From assembly GCA_964515925.1 (NCBI GenBank), contig CAZEYP010000007.1, positions 1 through 62,971 of the forward strand: a stretch of 62,971 bases of DNA, written 5' to 3'. The notes beneath the pieces are model-generated. The model was not told where the DNA came from. It searched no databases and saw only the letters and a program-made list of their open reading frames with translations. The stretch comes from an uncultured Nitrospirota bacterium. GTDB lineage: Bacteria; Nitrospirota; Thermodesulfovibrionia; Thermodesulfovibrionales; JdFR-85. The position numbers and the translations under genes are program-made. Position 1 is the first letter of the stretch; every line of letters starts with the position of its first letter. Shown here piece by piece: positions 11,640 through 21,809 of this stretch.

Positions 11640-13092
11640 CGAGGAGTATGTTAGAGATATTCTCGCCCAGATGATAGAGCAGACAGGTGATTTTGAGGTT
11701 GATACTGCAAAGGATGGACTTGATGCCCTGAAATATATAAAAGACAATGAATATGATGTAGTTTTTACAGATATAATTATGCCCCGCCTCAGTGGTATCG
11801 AGCTTGTTCAGGAGTTAAAGCGAACAAAGCCTGCCATTCCTGTGGTTATGGTTACTGCTCTTAACAATCTTGATGCTGGTATTTCTGCCATGAGAGAGGG
11901 GGCTTCGGACTACATTACCAAGCCTTTCAAAACTGAAAAGATTAAAAGTGTCCTTACCCGGGTGCTAAGTGAGAGAAATATAATGAAGGCAGTGTCAGGC
12001 AATGGTGATGATAGATCTTCATTTAAAGTGGTTAATGCCGAACTCTATCGAAAACTCAGTGAGATTAATTCCCTTTTTGCAATAAGTTTAGAAATTGAAG
12101 AGATAACCGACAACAGAGAACTCCTTAAAAAGCTCCCAGAGATGTGCACAAAACTATTCAAGGTTGATAAAGTTGTATTTCTTATTTATGAAGATGGAAT
12201 GCTTCATTATTATAGTTCAATTGGTTTTCCCTACAAAGGCAGTATTGATATCAAAGGAAGTGTATTTGAGGAGTGTTTAAATGATTGTGAATATAGACTA
12301 TTAGAGCTTGGTGAGATAAATCCACTTGACAAGCTTCCACTTCGTTCTCAGATGCTGATATTGCCCCTGAAGATAAAAGATGAATTCCTTGGGGTTTTAT
12401 GTATTACAAATAGAGTGGATGGTTTTAATTTCAAGGAAGACGAAATACATATTGCTCTTACTTTTGTTCATAAGTTATTATTACGACTGGAAAACAATAC
12501 ACTTTACGAAATAACCTATAATAATTTGATCAATACTTTGAAAACCCTGATACTTACCATTGAAGCTCGTGACAAGTACACAAAGAATCACTCTGAAAGG
12601 GTTACATCCATTGCACTGGAGATTGCAAGGGAACTTGACTGTTCAGAACAGGAACGAGATGCAATAAGGTTTGGAGGATATTTGCACGATATTGGTAAAA
12701 TAGGTGTACGAGATATGGTTTTACTTAAACCAGGGAAGCTGACAAAGGAGGAATTTGAAGAGATCAAGCAACATCCTGTTATAGGAGATAACATAATACA
12801 GCCTCTTGGTTCATTCCCGCTCGAAAGATTACTTATAAGACATCACCACGAGAGATTTGATGGAAAAGGTTATCCTGATGGACTTGCAGGAGAGGATATC
12901 CCTTTGATTGCAAGGATTCTTGCAGTGGCTGATACCTATGATTCAATGACATCTACAAGACCTTACAGAAAGGGTCTCAGTCATCAGATTGCTGTGGACG
13001 AGATAAAGCGATGCTCTGGTACACAATTTGACCCTGCTGTTGCAAATGCTTTCTTTCATACTAAAACAGGAAAAGGAGGCAGCTACAGATGA
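11608..13092 (+). CDS. Response regulator with GAF and HD-GYP (c-di-GMP phosphodiesterase) domains
   Basis: Receiver motifs; YLHDIGKIG and HHERFDGKGYP. Confidence 0.9.
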   Translation: MKMPKVLVVDDEEYVRDILAQMIEQTGDFEVDTAKDGLDALKYIKDNEYDVVFTDIIMPRLSGIELVQELKRTKPAIPVVMVTALNNLDAGISAMREGASDYITKPFKTEKIKSVLTRVLSERNIMKAVSGNGDDRSSFKVVNAELYRKLSEINSLFAISLEIEEITDNRELLKKLPEMCTKLFKVDKVVFLIYEDGMLHYYSSIGFPYKGSIDIKGSVFEECLNDCEYRLLELGEINPLDKLPLRSQMLILPLKIKDEFLGVLCITNRVDGFNFKEDEIHIALTFVHKLLLRLENNTLYEITYNNLINTLKTLILTIEARDKYTKNHSERVTSIALEIARELDCSEQERDAIRFGGYLHDIGKIGVRDMVLLKPGKLTKEEFEEIKQHPVIGDNIIQPLGSFPLERLLIRHHHERFDGKGYPDGLAGEDIPLIARILAVADTYDSMTSTRPYRKGLSHQIAVDEIKRCSGTQFDPAVANAFFHTKTGKGGSYR

Positions 13093-13850
13093 TCGCAGAA
13101 GGTGAAAAAATAGTGCTTTCGATTATTGATGAAAAAAGGACTTTTGAAGGAGAGATCCTGTCTTATAACGGTAAAGATGGTATATGTAATATAAGAGTTG
13201 AAGGTGAAATAAGCAACCTGGAAAATAAAACGGTTATCCTTTATTATAATGACAAGATACTCACGGCTACTGTAGAGAGTGTAAACAACAATGAGTTAAT
13301 ACTGCTCATTTCTGGCGAGGAAAGAAGGTCTTTTTTCAGGGTCGATGATGCCTTTCCAATAAAGATAAGGAAGGTTAAAGAACGTCCTCTTGCGTCTCGA
13401 TTCCTCACATACTATGCTCCAAGCAAATTAAGCAGTATTAAAGCAGAGTACTATGAGGATGCTTTAATAAGAACAATGCAGGAGATTAACAGGAAACTGG
13501 ACTATTTAATCAATACTTTAATACTGAAGGAAGAAGGGCTTCTGTATGAAGATGTAAAACCTGTGAATATCTCAGCATCAGGAATGAGAATAGAAATGGA
13601 GGAAGAGGCTCAGGTTGGAGATGTAATAGAACTTAAGATGGTACTTCCATCCACACCTCCTATAGCACTTCTTACTTATGGAGAGGTTGTAAGGGTGCAG
13701 AAAAAAGAAAAGGAGGGTAAAACGGTATATGAAACAGCGCTGAGGTTTACTGAGATGTCTGAAGACATAAGAGATGAGATAATCCAGTATACCTTAAAAA
13801 GAGAAAGAGAAATTATAAAGAACAAGAAATTAAAAGAAAACCTGGGGTAA
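13089..13850 (+). CDS. PilZ-domain c-di-GMP receptor
   Basis: RRSFFR (RxxxR) and NISASG (D/NxSxxG) motifs; C-terminal beta-barrel pattern. Confidence 0.85.
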   Translation: MIAEGEKIVLSIIDEKRTFEGEILSYNGKDGICNIRVEGEISNLENKTVILYYNDKILTATVESVNNNELILLISGEERRSFFRVDDAFPIKIRKVKERPLASRFLTYYAPSKLSSIKAEYYEDALIRTMQEINRKLDYLINTLILKEEGLLYEDVKPVNISASGMRIEMEEEAQVGDVIELKMVLPSTPPIALLTYGEVVRVQKKEKEGKTVYETALRFTEMSEDIRDEIIQYTLKREREIIKNKKLKENLG

Positions 13851-13857
13851 CACTGGT

Positions 13858-15816
13858 GTGTCGAAAACTAAAGAAAGAACACTTCTTCCCTTTTTTCTCA
13901 ATTCTATCAGTTCCCGAATAATAATTATAGTTCTTTCCATCTTTTTTATTGCCGCTGTGTCCTTTGCATATTATCTATATAATATGCAGAGGGATTATAT
14001 AAGGCTTGCCTACGGAAACTTAACAGATACTATTACCAGACTTGTGTTTTCAGTAATAGTCACGGGCAGAATAAAAGACATCGGAGAACTAAATGGTTTT
14101 CTTGCTGATGTTGGAAGAACGAATCCATCTTTAACTGCACTTGTGTTTGACTCAGATCTCAAGGTTATTGCTTCAACAGATCGTGCCTATCTTGGGTTGA
14201 CTGCTGAAGAACTGAAAGAAAAAATTGAGGATGAGATCTACGATGAAGTATCACAGGTATTGATTAAGTTCAGTAAGATAAAAAAAACTTATTTTAAGAG
14301 AGGTGAATTTGAGACAATTGTTCCCTTCTCAAGCAGATCTATTGGGAAGGGAGTTATATATACATTGATTAACTTCAATTATCTTAGAAAGGCTCTTATT
14401 AGTGCGCTTGTAAAACAGATATTTACACTTTCTTTGGTGTTTGGTTTGTGTACTGCTGCAATTTATTTACTTATAAGGCGACTTGTTCTAAATCCTATGG
14501 CGGTTTTCCTCAGAGGGGTTGATGATGTTGCTAAGGGAATTTACAGGGATTTAAAAATAAATGTTGATATAAAGGAGTTCAAAAGCATGGCTGAGGCGTT
14601 TAACAATATGCTGTCAGCACTTAAGAGCAGGGAGGAGGTTATCAGAGCTCAGAACGAACAGCTTTCCACACTCTACTGGGTTAATGAGACCTTTCTTACC
14701 GAGAACTCTCTTAAAAGGGCCTTGGAGAAGATACTCTTACTTATGACTGCTGTTGGTGGAATAAAAAAGAAAGGAATTATTTTCCTGTCAAGACAGGGAC
14801 AACTGGAACCAGTTGCAACGATAGGATTTGATATAAATAAGCTAAAAGATAAGTGTAAAGAAAGAATCTTTCAATGTCTTTGTTCAAGGTCATACAATGA
14901 TAAAATCACTATTTTCATTGATTCTGACTCTGAAGAACACCTGCCTTGTCTTGAGCAGAGACATCATTACCACCTGATTTTTCCAATAATGACTGCAAGA
15001 AAGAGCTATGGAGTGGTCTGTCTTTACTTCACGGAAAAACCTTCAGAAGAGCTGAAAATTTTGCTGAATCACATCGGTGAAGAGGTGGCAGTAGCAATCG
15101 AGAGATACAATCTTATTGATGAATTAAATGAGACATCAAAAAAACTCGCTTCATTAAATGAAGAGATGAGAGCTCTTCTTAATGCTGTTTCTCACGATCT
15201 AAGAAACCCTCTTGTTTCAATAGAAGGCTATGCGGAAATGCTTTCAGAAGATGTAGAAGACAAACTTTTAGAGGAACAGAAGGAATATCTTATAGGTATT
15301 CACAGGAATGTTGCCTATATATCGGATATAGCTAATGCCCTTTTGCAGCTTTCAAGAATTGAAAGGAGAGAAGTAACACAAGAGCTTATAGACATAAAAG
15401 AGTTTTTTGATGAATTGTGCCTTGATATTTTAGCACGAGGCAATGATGTTGAAATAAAGATATTGGGCAGGACCTTGAAAATACAATCGGATAGGACACT
15501 GCTGTGGCATATTTTTTCTAATCTTATAAACAATTCCATAAAGTATGCAAAACCTGATGAATCTGCTATAATTGAAATTGACTGGCTCAGGAAGGACTGC
15601 AGTATAATGTTTACAGTAAAGGATAACGGGATTGGTATAGACAGGGAATTTATTAAGAGTGTATTTTTACCTTTTAGCAGGGCTACCACTGTGAAGGAGG
15701 GAGCAGGTCTGGGGTTAAGCATAGTGAAGAAGTCTGTTGAATTGCTTGGGGGCAGAGTGTGGATAGATTCTATAAAAGGAGAAGGGACCATTGTATATGT
15801 TGAGTTACCACTTTAA
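13858..15816 (+). CDS. Membrane sensor histidine kinase (HAMP-GAF-HisKA-HATPase)
   Basis: Two TM segments; SHDLRNPL H-box, NLINNSIKY, DNGIGI and GAGLGLSIV. Confidence 0.9.
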   Translation: MSKTKERTLLPFFLNSISSRIIIIVLSIFFIAAVSFAYYLYNMQRDYIRLAYGNLTDTITRLVFSVIVTGRIKDIGELNGFLADVGRTNPSLTALVFDSDLKVIASTDRAYLGLTAEELKEKIEDEIYDEVSQVLIKFSKIKKTYFKRGEFETIVPFSSRSIGKGVIYTLINFNYLRKALISALVKQIFTLSLVFGLCTAAIYLLIRRLVLNPMAVFLRGVDDVAKGIYRDLKINVDIKEFKSMAEAFNNMLSALKSREEVIRAQNEQLSTLYWVNETFLTENSLKRALEKILLLMTAVGGIKKKGIIFLSRQGQLEPVATIGFDINKLKDKCKERIFQCLCSRSYNDKITIFIDSDSEEHLPCLEQRHHYHLIFPIMTARKSYGVVCLYFTEKPSEELKILLNHIGEEVAVAIERYNLIDELNETSKKLASLNEEMRALLNAVSHDLRNPLVSIEGYAEMLSEDVEDKLLEEQKEYLIGIHRNVAYISDIANALLQLSRIERREVTQELIDIKEFFDELCLDILARGNDVEIKILGRTLKIQSDRTLLWHIFSNLINNSIKYAKPDESAIIEIDWLRKDCSIMFTVKDNGIGIDREFIKSVFLPFSRATTVKEGAGLGLSIVKKSVELLGGRVWIDSIKGEGTIVYVELPL

Positions 15817-15828
15817 AATGGAGGAATT

Positions 15829-17739
15829 ATGCCAAAGATTCTCGTGTTAGACGACAATGAAGACCAGCTTAAACTTATTAAAAGGGCCTTTGAGCGACAT
15901 GATCCTGAGATTGAAGTGTTTACAGCAGGCACTGCAGAGATGGCTTTTAACATACTTGATCAGGAAGAAATAGAGGTTATCTTTGTTGATTATGTGCTTA
16001 AGGACTCTAATGGCATAAAGTTTATAAAAGACCTGAATATGCATGGTCTGAAGATTCCAACGGTATTAATAACGGGCAGAGGTGACGAAAGAACTGCAGT
16101 TGAGGCGATGAAGGCAGGTGCCTACGATTATGTTATAAAGGATGTGGGCTATTTTAATTTACTCCCTCATGTATACAAGAAGGCAGCAGAAAAGTATTTA
16201 GCTGAAAGAGAAATAGAAAAGGTTCAACAGCGAATGGTACAGTTCAACGAAAAACTGCTGCTCATAAACTCCATTATAAAACAGTTGAATGAAGATTTAG
16301 ATCTTAAGAATACTGCCAGGGCATTTCTTGATGGAGCCATAAGGTTAACTGCTGCTGACTATGGGCTGGTAACCATATATGAAGGTGAAAAAAACAGAAT
16401 TACCATCCAGAGTGCAGTAGAGTTTCCGGAGACACTTGTGAGGGCCTTGTTGCTTGAAACAGAAGGGCTGAGTATAATTAATGATCTCTCAAAGGACGAT
16501 TCAATATTTTCAGGTCTTTTAAAATATAATATTAAGTCGCTGCTTTGTGCACCTCTTAGTTTGCTTGAAAATCATACTGGAATGATCCTCCTTATGTCTG
16601 ATGTAGAAAGTACCTTCTCAGAAACGGATTTCCGGTCGCTTGATATCTTTTTTGATTCAGGTTGTGCTTCTTTAAGAAACAGTTTGTTATTTCAGATAAT
16701 ATCAAAGAGCCAGAAGTTCTGGCAGGAAACCTTTGATGCCATCTCGGACATAATCTTTGCTGTTAATGACAGAAATGAAATTATTAAATGCAATAGGGCC
16801 TTTGCCAGGATGCTTAACACTGAAATCAGGGATATAATTGGTAAAAAGATAAACGAGCTAAACATAGATAATGCCCTCTTTTATTGTTGTAAAGACTATA
16901 TAAAGAAAAATGAAACAGATACCATGGAACTATCTCATGGAGGTGTTCAATGTCTTGCAAGCACTTTTAAAACAAACACACCAGATGGAGAAGATATAAG
17001 GATATTTGTTGTCAAGGATGTAACTGAGTTAAGGAGATTAAAAGAGCAACTCTATCATGCTGATAAACTTGCCTCCATTGGGCAGCTTGTATCTGGTGTT
17101 GCTCATGAAATAAATAATCCTTTAACAGGAATACTTGGTTATACAGAATTGTTGAAGATGAAGATAAAGGATCATGCAATAACCAAAGAGCTTGATAAGA
17201 TTTACAGGGCTGCTGAGCGTTGTAAAAGGATCGTTGAAAACCTGCTTACCTTTTCACGACAACGACCACCTGAGAGGACCTTTGTTGATATCAACGATCT
17301 AATAGAAAGTGCACTTGAACTCAGAATATATTGGTTACGATCAAACAACATTGAAGTAATACGTGAGTACGCAAATGATTTGCCGGCCATGTTTGTTGAT
17401 CCACAGCAGATTCAGCAGGTTTTTATTAACATGATTGTTAACGCCGAGTATGCTGTACAGGAAACAGACAAGGATGAAAAGTGGATAAAGATAAAGACCT
17501 ATAAGAAAGAAAACGAAGATAGGGTATGCATAGAATTTCATGACAATGGTGTCGGAATCCCATCAGATAGTATTCACAGAATATTTGATCCATTTTTTAC
17601 AACAAAGCCTGTTGATAAGGGTTCTGGTCTGGGGCTTTCCATCTCACATGGTATTATTAAAGAGCATGAGGGAGATATAAGAGTGCAAAGTACACCTGGA
17701 GAAGGTACAGTCTTCTACATTGAACTGCCTATAAAATAG
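15829..17739 (+). CDS. Soluble hybrid histidine kinase (receiver-GAF-PAS-HisKA-HATPase)
   Basis: N-terminal receiver; AHEINNPL, NMIVNA, DNGVGI, FDPFFTTK and GSGLGLSIS. Confidence 0.9.
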   Translation: MPKILVLDDNEDQLKLIKRAFERHDPEIEVFTAGTAEMAFNILDQEEIEVIFVDYVLKDSNGIKFIKDLNMHGLKIPTVLITGRGDERTAVEAMKAGAYDYVIKDVGYFNLLPHVYKKAAEKYLAEREIEKVQQRMVQFNEKLLLINSIIKQLNEDLDLKNTARAFLDGAIRLTAADYGLVTIYEGEKNRITIQSAVEFPETLVRALLLETEGLSIINDLSKDDSIFSGLLKYNIKSLLCAPLSLLENHTGMILLMSDVESTFSETDFRSLDIFFDSGCASLRNSLLFQIISKSQKFWQETFDAISDIIFAVNDRNEIIKCNRAFARMLNTEIRDIIGKKINELNIDNALFYCCKDYIKKNETDTMELSHGGVQCLASTFKTNTPDGEDIRIFVVKDVTELRRLKEQLYHADKLASIGQLVSGVAHEINNPLTGILGYTELLKMKIKDHAITKELDKIYRAAERCKRIVENLLTFSRQRPPERTFVDINDLIESALELRIYWLRSNNIEVIREYANDLPAMFVDPQQIQQVFINMIVNAEYAVQETDKDEKWIKIKTYKKENEDRVCIEFHDNGVGIPSDSIHRIFDPFFTTKPVDKGSGLGLSISHGIIKEHEGDIRVQSTPGEGTVFYIELPIK

Positions 17740-17746
17740 AATAGAT

Positions 17747-18844
17747 ATGAGAACCGGAATTGCCACAGCACCACTTCATCATGGTAGGGCTCCTGCCTGG
17801 CTCTTCAGAAGAATGAAATTACTTGCAGGAGCGATAATCACAGCCATAGCTGTGGAGTTTGGCACACAGGAGTTGTTGAGAAAACTTTCGGATCCCTTCT
17901 GGTTTCAGGCCTTTGGATGCACCCTTGGTTTCGACTGGCATTCAAGTGGCCTCACCACAACATTAACAGGCGCAATAAAGGAGGGACTGAAAGGAATAGC
18001 AAGTGAGATTGGGTTCTTTGTGGCCGGTGGGAAAGGCAGGGCCTCAAGAAAGACATTAGAGGAGATAAAAAGATATGGAGACGATGAGGAAATCGAGGTA
18101 GACCCACTGATATATGTAAGCCGAATTACCGCCAAGGTTGACAACTCGGCGCTTCAGGATGGATATCAGCTTTACCATCACAGTATTTTCTTTGACAGAC
18201 AGGGAAACTGGGCAGTTGTTCAACAGGGCATGAATACCGAAAACCGTATGGCTCGCCGTTATCACTGGTTGAGTGAAGGAGTAAAGAGTTTTGTAGAAGA
18301 ACCTCACAGTGCAGTTTGTTCTGACAAAAAGGGTGTAGCTCTTAATCTGGTGCATAATGACAGCAAGGAATGCAGAAAACTTTTACCTGAACTCATCCAG
18401 ATGCCACCGGAAAGGATCGTTGATGATCTGAAGGTTTTGTTGGAGGGTGAAAGTCTCTTTATGCCAGCACGACACAGAATTGCTCCCTCAATTGATATAA
18501 AACCTGAGCGGTTATACAAAACCCTATTGAAAACCTATGAACAGGAAGTAGATGATTTTGAGCAGTTGCTTTCCATTAAAGGTATCGGACCGAAGACAAT
18601 AAGGGCACTAAGTCTGATTGGAGAGCTTATATATGGAGTAAAGCCAAGCTATGAAGACCCTGCCCGATTCAGCTATGCAGTGGGAGGAAAGGATGGAACT
18701 CCATATCCGGTTGACAGAAAAACCTACGACAGTGTGATAGATATAATGAAAAGAGCAGTTGAAAGGTCATCAGTTGAGCACAGCGAAAAAACTAAGGCAA
18801 TTAAGAGGCTTTTTAAGTATTATGAGAAGTTAGGCAGTGATTGA
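17747..18844 (+). CDS. DUF763 domain protein
   Basis: LHHGRAPAWLF, DPFWFQAFGC.LGFDWHSSG.TTT and SYAVGGKDG.PYPVD motifs. Confidence 0.9.
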   Translation: MRTGIATAPLHHGRAPAWLFRRMKLLAGAIITAIAVEFGTQELLRKLSDPFWFQAFGCTLGFDWHSSGLTTTLTGAIKEGLKGIASEIGFFVAGGKGRASRKTLEEIKRYGDDEEIEVDPLIYVSRITAKVDNSALQDGYQLYHHSIFFDRQGNWAVVQQGMNTENRMARRYHWLSEGVKSFVEEPHSAVCSDKKGVALNLVHNDSKECRKLLPELIQMPPERIVDDLKVLLEGESLFMPARHRIAPSIDIKPERLYKTLLKTYEQEVDDFEQLLSIKGIGPKTIRALSLIGELIYGVKPSYEDPARFSYAVGGKDGTPYPVDRKTYDSVIDIMKRAVERSSVEHSEKTKAIKRLFKYYEKLGSD

Positions 18845-18866
18845 AAGTGGCCTTGGTTAAAATCCG

Positions 18867-19265
18867 TTACATCTTTTCTATTGCATCAAGTATAGGGCAC
18901 TCAGATATTGGTCCTTTTCCAGGACAGGTGTTTGAAATTTCTATTAATGCCTTTTTAATCTTTTGAAGCGATGTTATCTTCTGGTTGATATCTGCTATTT
19001 TTTCTTCTGCAATCTTCTTGACCTCAAGGCATGTCTTGTTTTTGTTTGTCTGAATTGAAAGTAATTCTGATATCTCCCTGAGTGAAAAACCAAGCTCCTG
19101 GGCATGTTTTATGAAGCGAATCCGTTTTACTGTATCTGGAGGCCAGAGCCTGTAACCGGAAGACTTCCTTGGTGGGAGTGGCAGAAGTCCCTGCCGTTCA
19201 TAGTAACGAATGGTTTCCACATTAACACCAGATTGTCTTGCAAGTTTTCCTGTTGTCAGATACAT
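18867..19265 (-). CDS. merR: MerR-family metal-responsive regulator (MerR/CadR/CueR-like)
   Basis: TGKLARQSGVNVETIRYYER helix-turn-helix; Cys in KTCLEV and CPGKGPISECPI. Confidence 0.85.
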   Translation of the reverse strand: MYLTTGKLARQSGVNVETIRYYERQGLLPLPPRKSSGYRLWPPDTVKRIRFIKHAQELGFSLREISELLSIQTNKNKTCLEVKKIAEEKIADINQKITSLQKIKKALIEISNTCPGKGPISECPILDAIEKM

Positions 19266-19296
19266 AATATATTTTACCTTATTAGAAGAAAGGATT

Positions 19297-19460
19297 TCAT
19301 AACTCTCTGGTTAGTTTTTTTACAAAGGGAAGCCGTGATATTAGTAACAAAACCACACCAGTTGCTGCAATAATAAGCCAGAGCTTCCATGAAGCAGCGG
19401 AGATGCTGCTACCCATTGTTACCATGATGATTGTTAAGGGTAAAATGCTGAATCCTTTCC
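19297..19460 (-). pseudogene. C-terminal remnant of a membrane protein, possibly VTT/TVP38-like
   Basis: Reads G.GFSILPLTIIMVTMGS...WLIIAATGVVLLL; no credible start; overlaps the tail of the upstream gene in another frame. Confidence 0.3.
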
Positions 19461-20305
19461 CTGTTCTTTGATGCAGGAAATGTTTCAGATGGTGTTTTTT
19501 GTGAATGAAGATCAAATATTCGTATACCGCCAACATATTCTACTGTTTTATAGGATGTTATGTTTAACATCTTTTTTATAATATCATCCATTCGAAGACA
19601 TTGCTGTTTTATTATTCTGAAGTCATGTTCTATGTCTTCATTATTTTTTAATTTATCATTTATTAGGTCAGTAAATCCTACTATTATCGAAAGTGGTTGT
19701 CTTAACTCATGAGCTGTTGCTCCCGCAAGCTCTATTAGTGCCCTGAGACGGTCTTATTCCATCTCCCTGTAGAGGTTATGACTGACCCTTTTAGACAGAC
19801 GCCAGAAGGCGAAGGAGATAAATATTATAGATAACAGACCTATAGTGATAAACGATATAATATCTCTTCTGATTCTTTTGTTATGAACTCTGTCAGATAC
19901 AGACATTGGAATGTCAATGCTCAACAATAATGGTGCAGTAGCTTCAGACTTCAGTATGGTCTGTTCGTAGTGAAAGACTCGACTGTTGTTTTTGCTGGTT
20001 ATTTTATATGTATAGTTGTTGTCCATTGAATCTGTAGCTGAGGTTTCGGGGAGATTATTTATTTTAAATTCAATTTTGGTCCCTGCTCCTGTATGAAATG
20101 GCAATACTACGGCATTGTTCTTATATGCAACATTTGATATTAAATGTTTTGCTATTGCCCTGCTTGTTGCAAGCAGCTCTGTTGTCTGTTCTTCTTTATG
20201 TTTTTGTATTGACCAGAAAGAAAGACCTGCAATTAGTAACACCAGTATTACGGTAAATGCAGCGGTGTATATAACTGTAAGATTTATTGGCTTTTTGTAA
20301 CTCAT
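19409..20305 (-). pseudogene. Membrane sensor with HisKA domain and no HATPase, interrupted by an in-frame TAA
   Basis: ORF 19754-20305 continues in frame after TAA (19754-19756): EME*DRLRALIELAGATAHELRQPL...MDDIIKKMLNITSYKTVEY, joining ORF 19409-19591. Confidence 0.85.
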
Positions 20306-20383
20306 TGTAGCTCCTTTCTTCTAAGTAAAAAAGTGGCAGCAGGCGGGAGGGATACCTGCTGCCAGGGAAGGAGGTGACGAGGC

Positions 20384-20716
20384 TTAACGCCAGAAGGGCA
20401 TTTCGTTGCCATTGTAATTTCCATGATACCCATTGTGTTTACCATAGTTTCTGTTATGATATCTCTGTCTGTAGTTATTATGATTGCCACCGTTTCTGTG
20501 TTGGTTGCCATAGGGAGCATGATTGTTTCCCCAGCCATACATACCGTAAGTACCCATCATACCAGGTCCCATACCATAGCCACCCATCATACCAGGTCCC
20601 ATACCATAGCCACCACCCATATGTCCACCACCCCAGCCACCTGGGCCAAAGGCAAAGGCACCTCCTGTTAGTGCCAGCACTGCCACTACTGTCAAAGTTA
20701 CCAGCAATCTTTTCAT
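20384..20716 (-). CDS. Exported Gly/Met-rich repeat protein (GYGMGPGMMG)
   Basis: AGGAGG before ATG 20716; signal peptide; exact 30-bp tandem repeat at 20552-20611. Confidence 0.75.
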   Translation of the reverse strand: MKRLLVTLTVVAVLALTGGAFAFGPGGWGGGHMGGGYGMGPGMMGGYGMGPGMMGTYGMYGWGNNHAPYGNQHRNGGNHNNYRQRYHNRNYGKHNGYHGNYNGNEMPFWR

Positions 20717-20773
20717 TTCAAACCTCCTTGAGTTTATTAAGGCTGCCAAGGCAACCCTGTTTTCTTAACTTCT

Positions 20774-20827
20774 ATCCTACTACTAAATTGTGAATCTAAT
20801 ATGAACATCCTGTGAAAAAATTGTGAA
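20774..20827 (-). promoter_or_regulatory. Four TTCAYA boxes at 11-bp spacing plus a TAGGAT -10 element
   Basis: Plus-strand TRTGAA at 20789, 20800, 20811 and 20822; -10 lies 9 nt downstream of the last box on the minus strand. Confidence 0.7.
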
Positions 20828-20831
20828 TCTC

Positions 20832-21392
20832 TCACCCGGAATTCTTCTCAATCAGACCCAATATCCTTTTTGCTTCTTTACCAACTGGATTGTCAGGGTT
20901 TAGATTGATTGCCCTGCTCAGAGAGTGCTTTGCCTCTTCTGTCTTGCCTGTAGATGCCAGTACAAAACCAAGACTAAGCCATGCCCTCTGATGATAGGGA
21001 TTGAAGGATGTAGCCTTTTTTAAAACCTCAATAGCTTTGTTGCTTTTTCCAGTGTAATGTAGTGCAAGACCAAGATCATTAAGTGTATCCACATCCTTTT
21101 CGATTATTTTGAGTATCCTATAGTAGATCTCTATTGCCTTCTGGTAACGGTTAGTTTCAAAATAAAGAGTTCCAAGTCTGAACAGAAGGTCTCGATTCTC
21201 TGGATCCTCTGCAATGGCTTTTTTGAGTCCCTGTTCTTTTGCATCTAAATTAAGAATATTTACTGGCACAGGTGGAGGAGTGTAGTCACTGTCTGGTGAG
21301 GTGGTGCTTTTTTGTTCTATCTTAATCAGAACAACAGTGAGTACCAGTATAACAACAGCTCCGAGGATTATTTTTTTTGTGAATTCTGACAT
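20832..21392 (-). CDS. Membrane-anchored TPR protein
   Basis: N-terminal TM segment followed by TPR repeats. Confidence 0.8.
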   Translation of the reverse strand: MSEFTKKIILGAVVILVLTVVLIKIEQKSTTSPDSDYTPPPVPVNILNLDAKEQGLKKAIAEDPENRDLLFRLGTLYFETNRYQKAIEIYYRILKIIEKDVDTLNDLGLALHYTGKSNKAIEVLKKATSFNPYHQRAWLSLGFVLASTGKTEEAKHSLSRAINLNPDNPVGKEAKRILGLIEKNSG

Positions 21393-21404
21393 ATGTCAAA
21401 CCTC

Positions 21405-21722
21405 CTAATAGATAGATCTTAATCGACCTGTATGACGATCGAAAATTACCGTGTCCACCACTGTTTTCCCTTTAAGCACATTTATTTTCATAAATCTTCT
21501 GGTCACCTTGATAACCTTTATACTGTATCCCTTTTTGCTGTAGTACTCTGAGAGGGCATGCTCTGCATCGGGAACACTTATGTTATGACTGTGCATCCCA
21601 TATCGAGAAGCCATAGGACAGTAATCACCAAATGGCGTGACAGCCATCCTGTTATGCCATGCGTAAGAAGTGGCAGTCGTCAAAAATAACAAACTGATAA
21701 TTATGAGAACTCTTTTAATCAT
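21405..21722 (-). CDS. Exported hypothetical protein (PepSY-like C-terminus)
   Basis: Signal peptide; GDYCP motif; VDTVIFDRHTG. Confidence 0.6.
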   Translation of the reverse strand: MIKRVLIIISLLFLTTATSYAWHNRMAVTPFGDYCPMASRYGMHSHNISVPDAEHALSEYYSKKGYSIKVIKVTRRFMKINVLKGKTVVDTVIFDRHTGRLRSIY

Positions 21723-21746
21723 AGCCAATTTACCTATCTGCTCTTA

Positions 21747-21778
21747 TTTATAGCATGAAAAAATGAATAAATTATGAA
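21747..21778 (-). promoter_or_regulatory. TTCATA-N5-TTCATT-N9-TATAAA promoter element
   Basis: Same geometry as the other boxes; lies upstream of 21722. Confidence 0.5.
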
Positions 21779-21809
21779 GAGGGGATAGCAGGTATATTCT
21801 TTTTCTGTT

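Noticed and set aside
20302-20793. His/Thr-rich alternative ORFs here and at 35891-36316
   Set aside because: They are antisense or shifted readings of the Gly/Met repeats, with no SD support.
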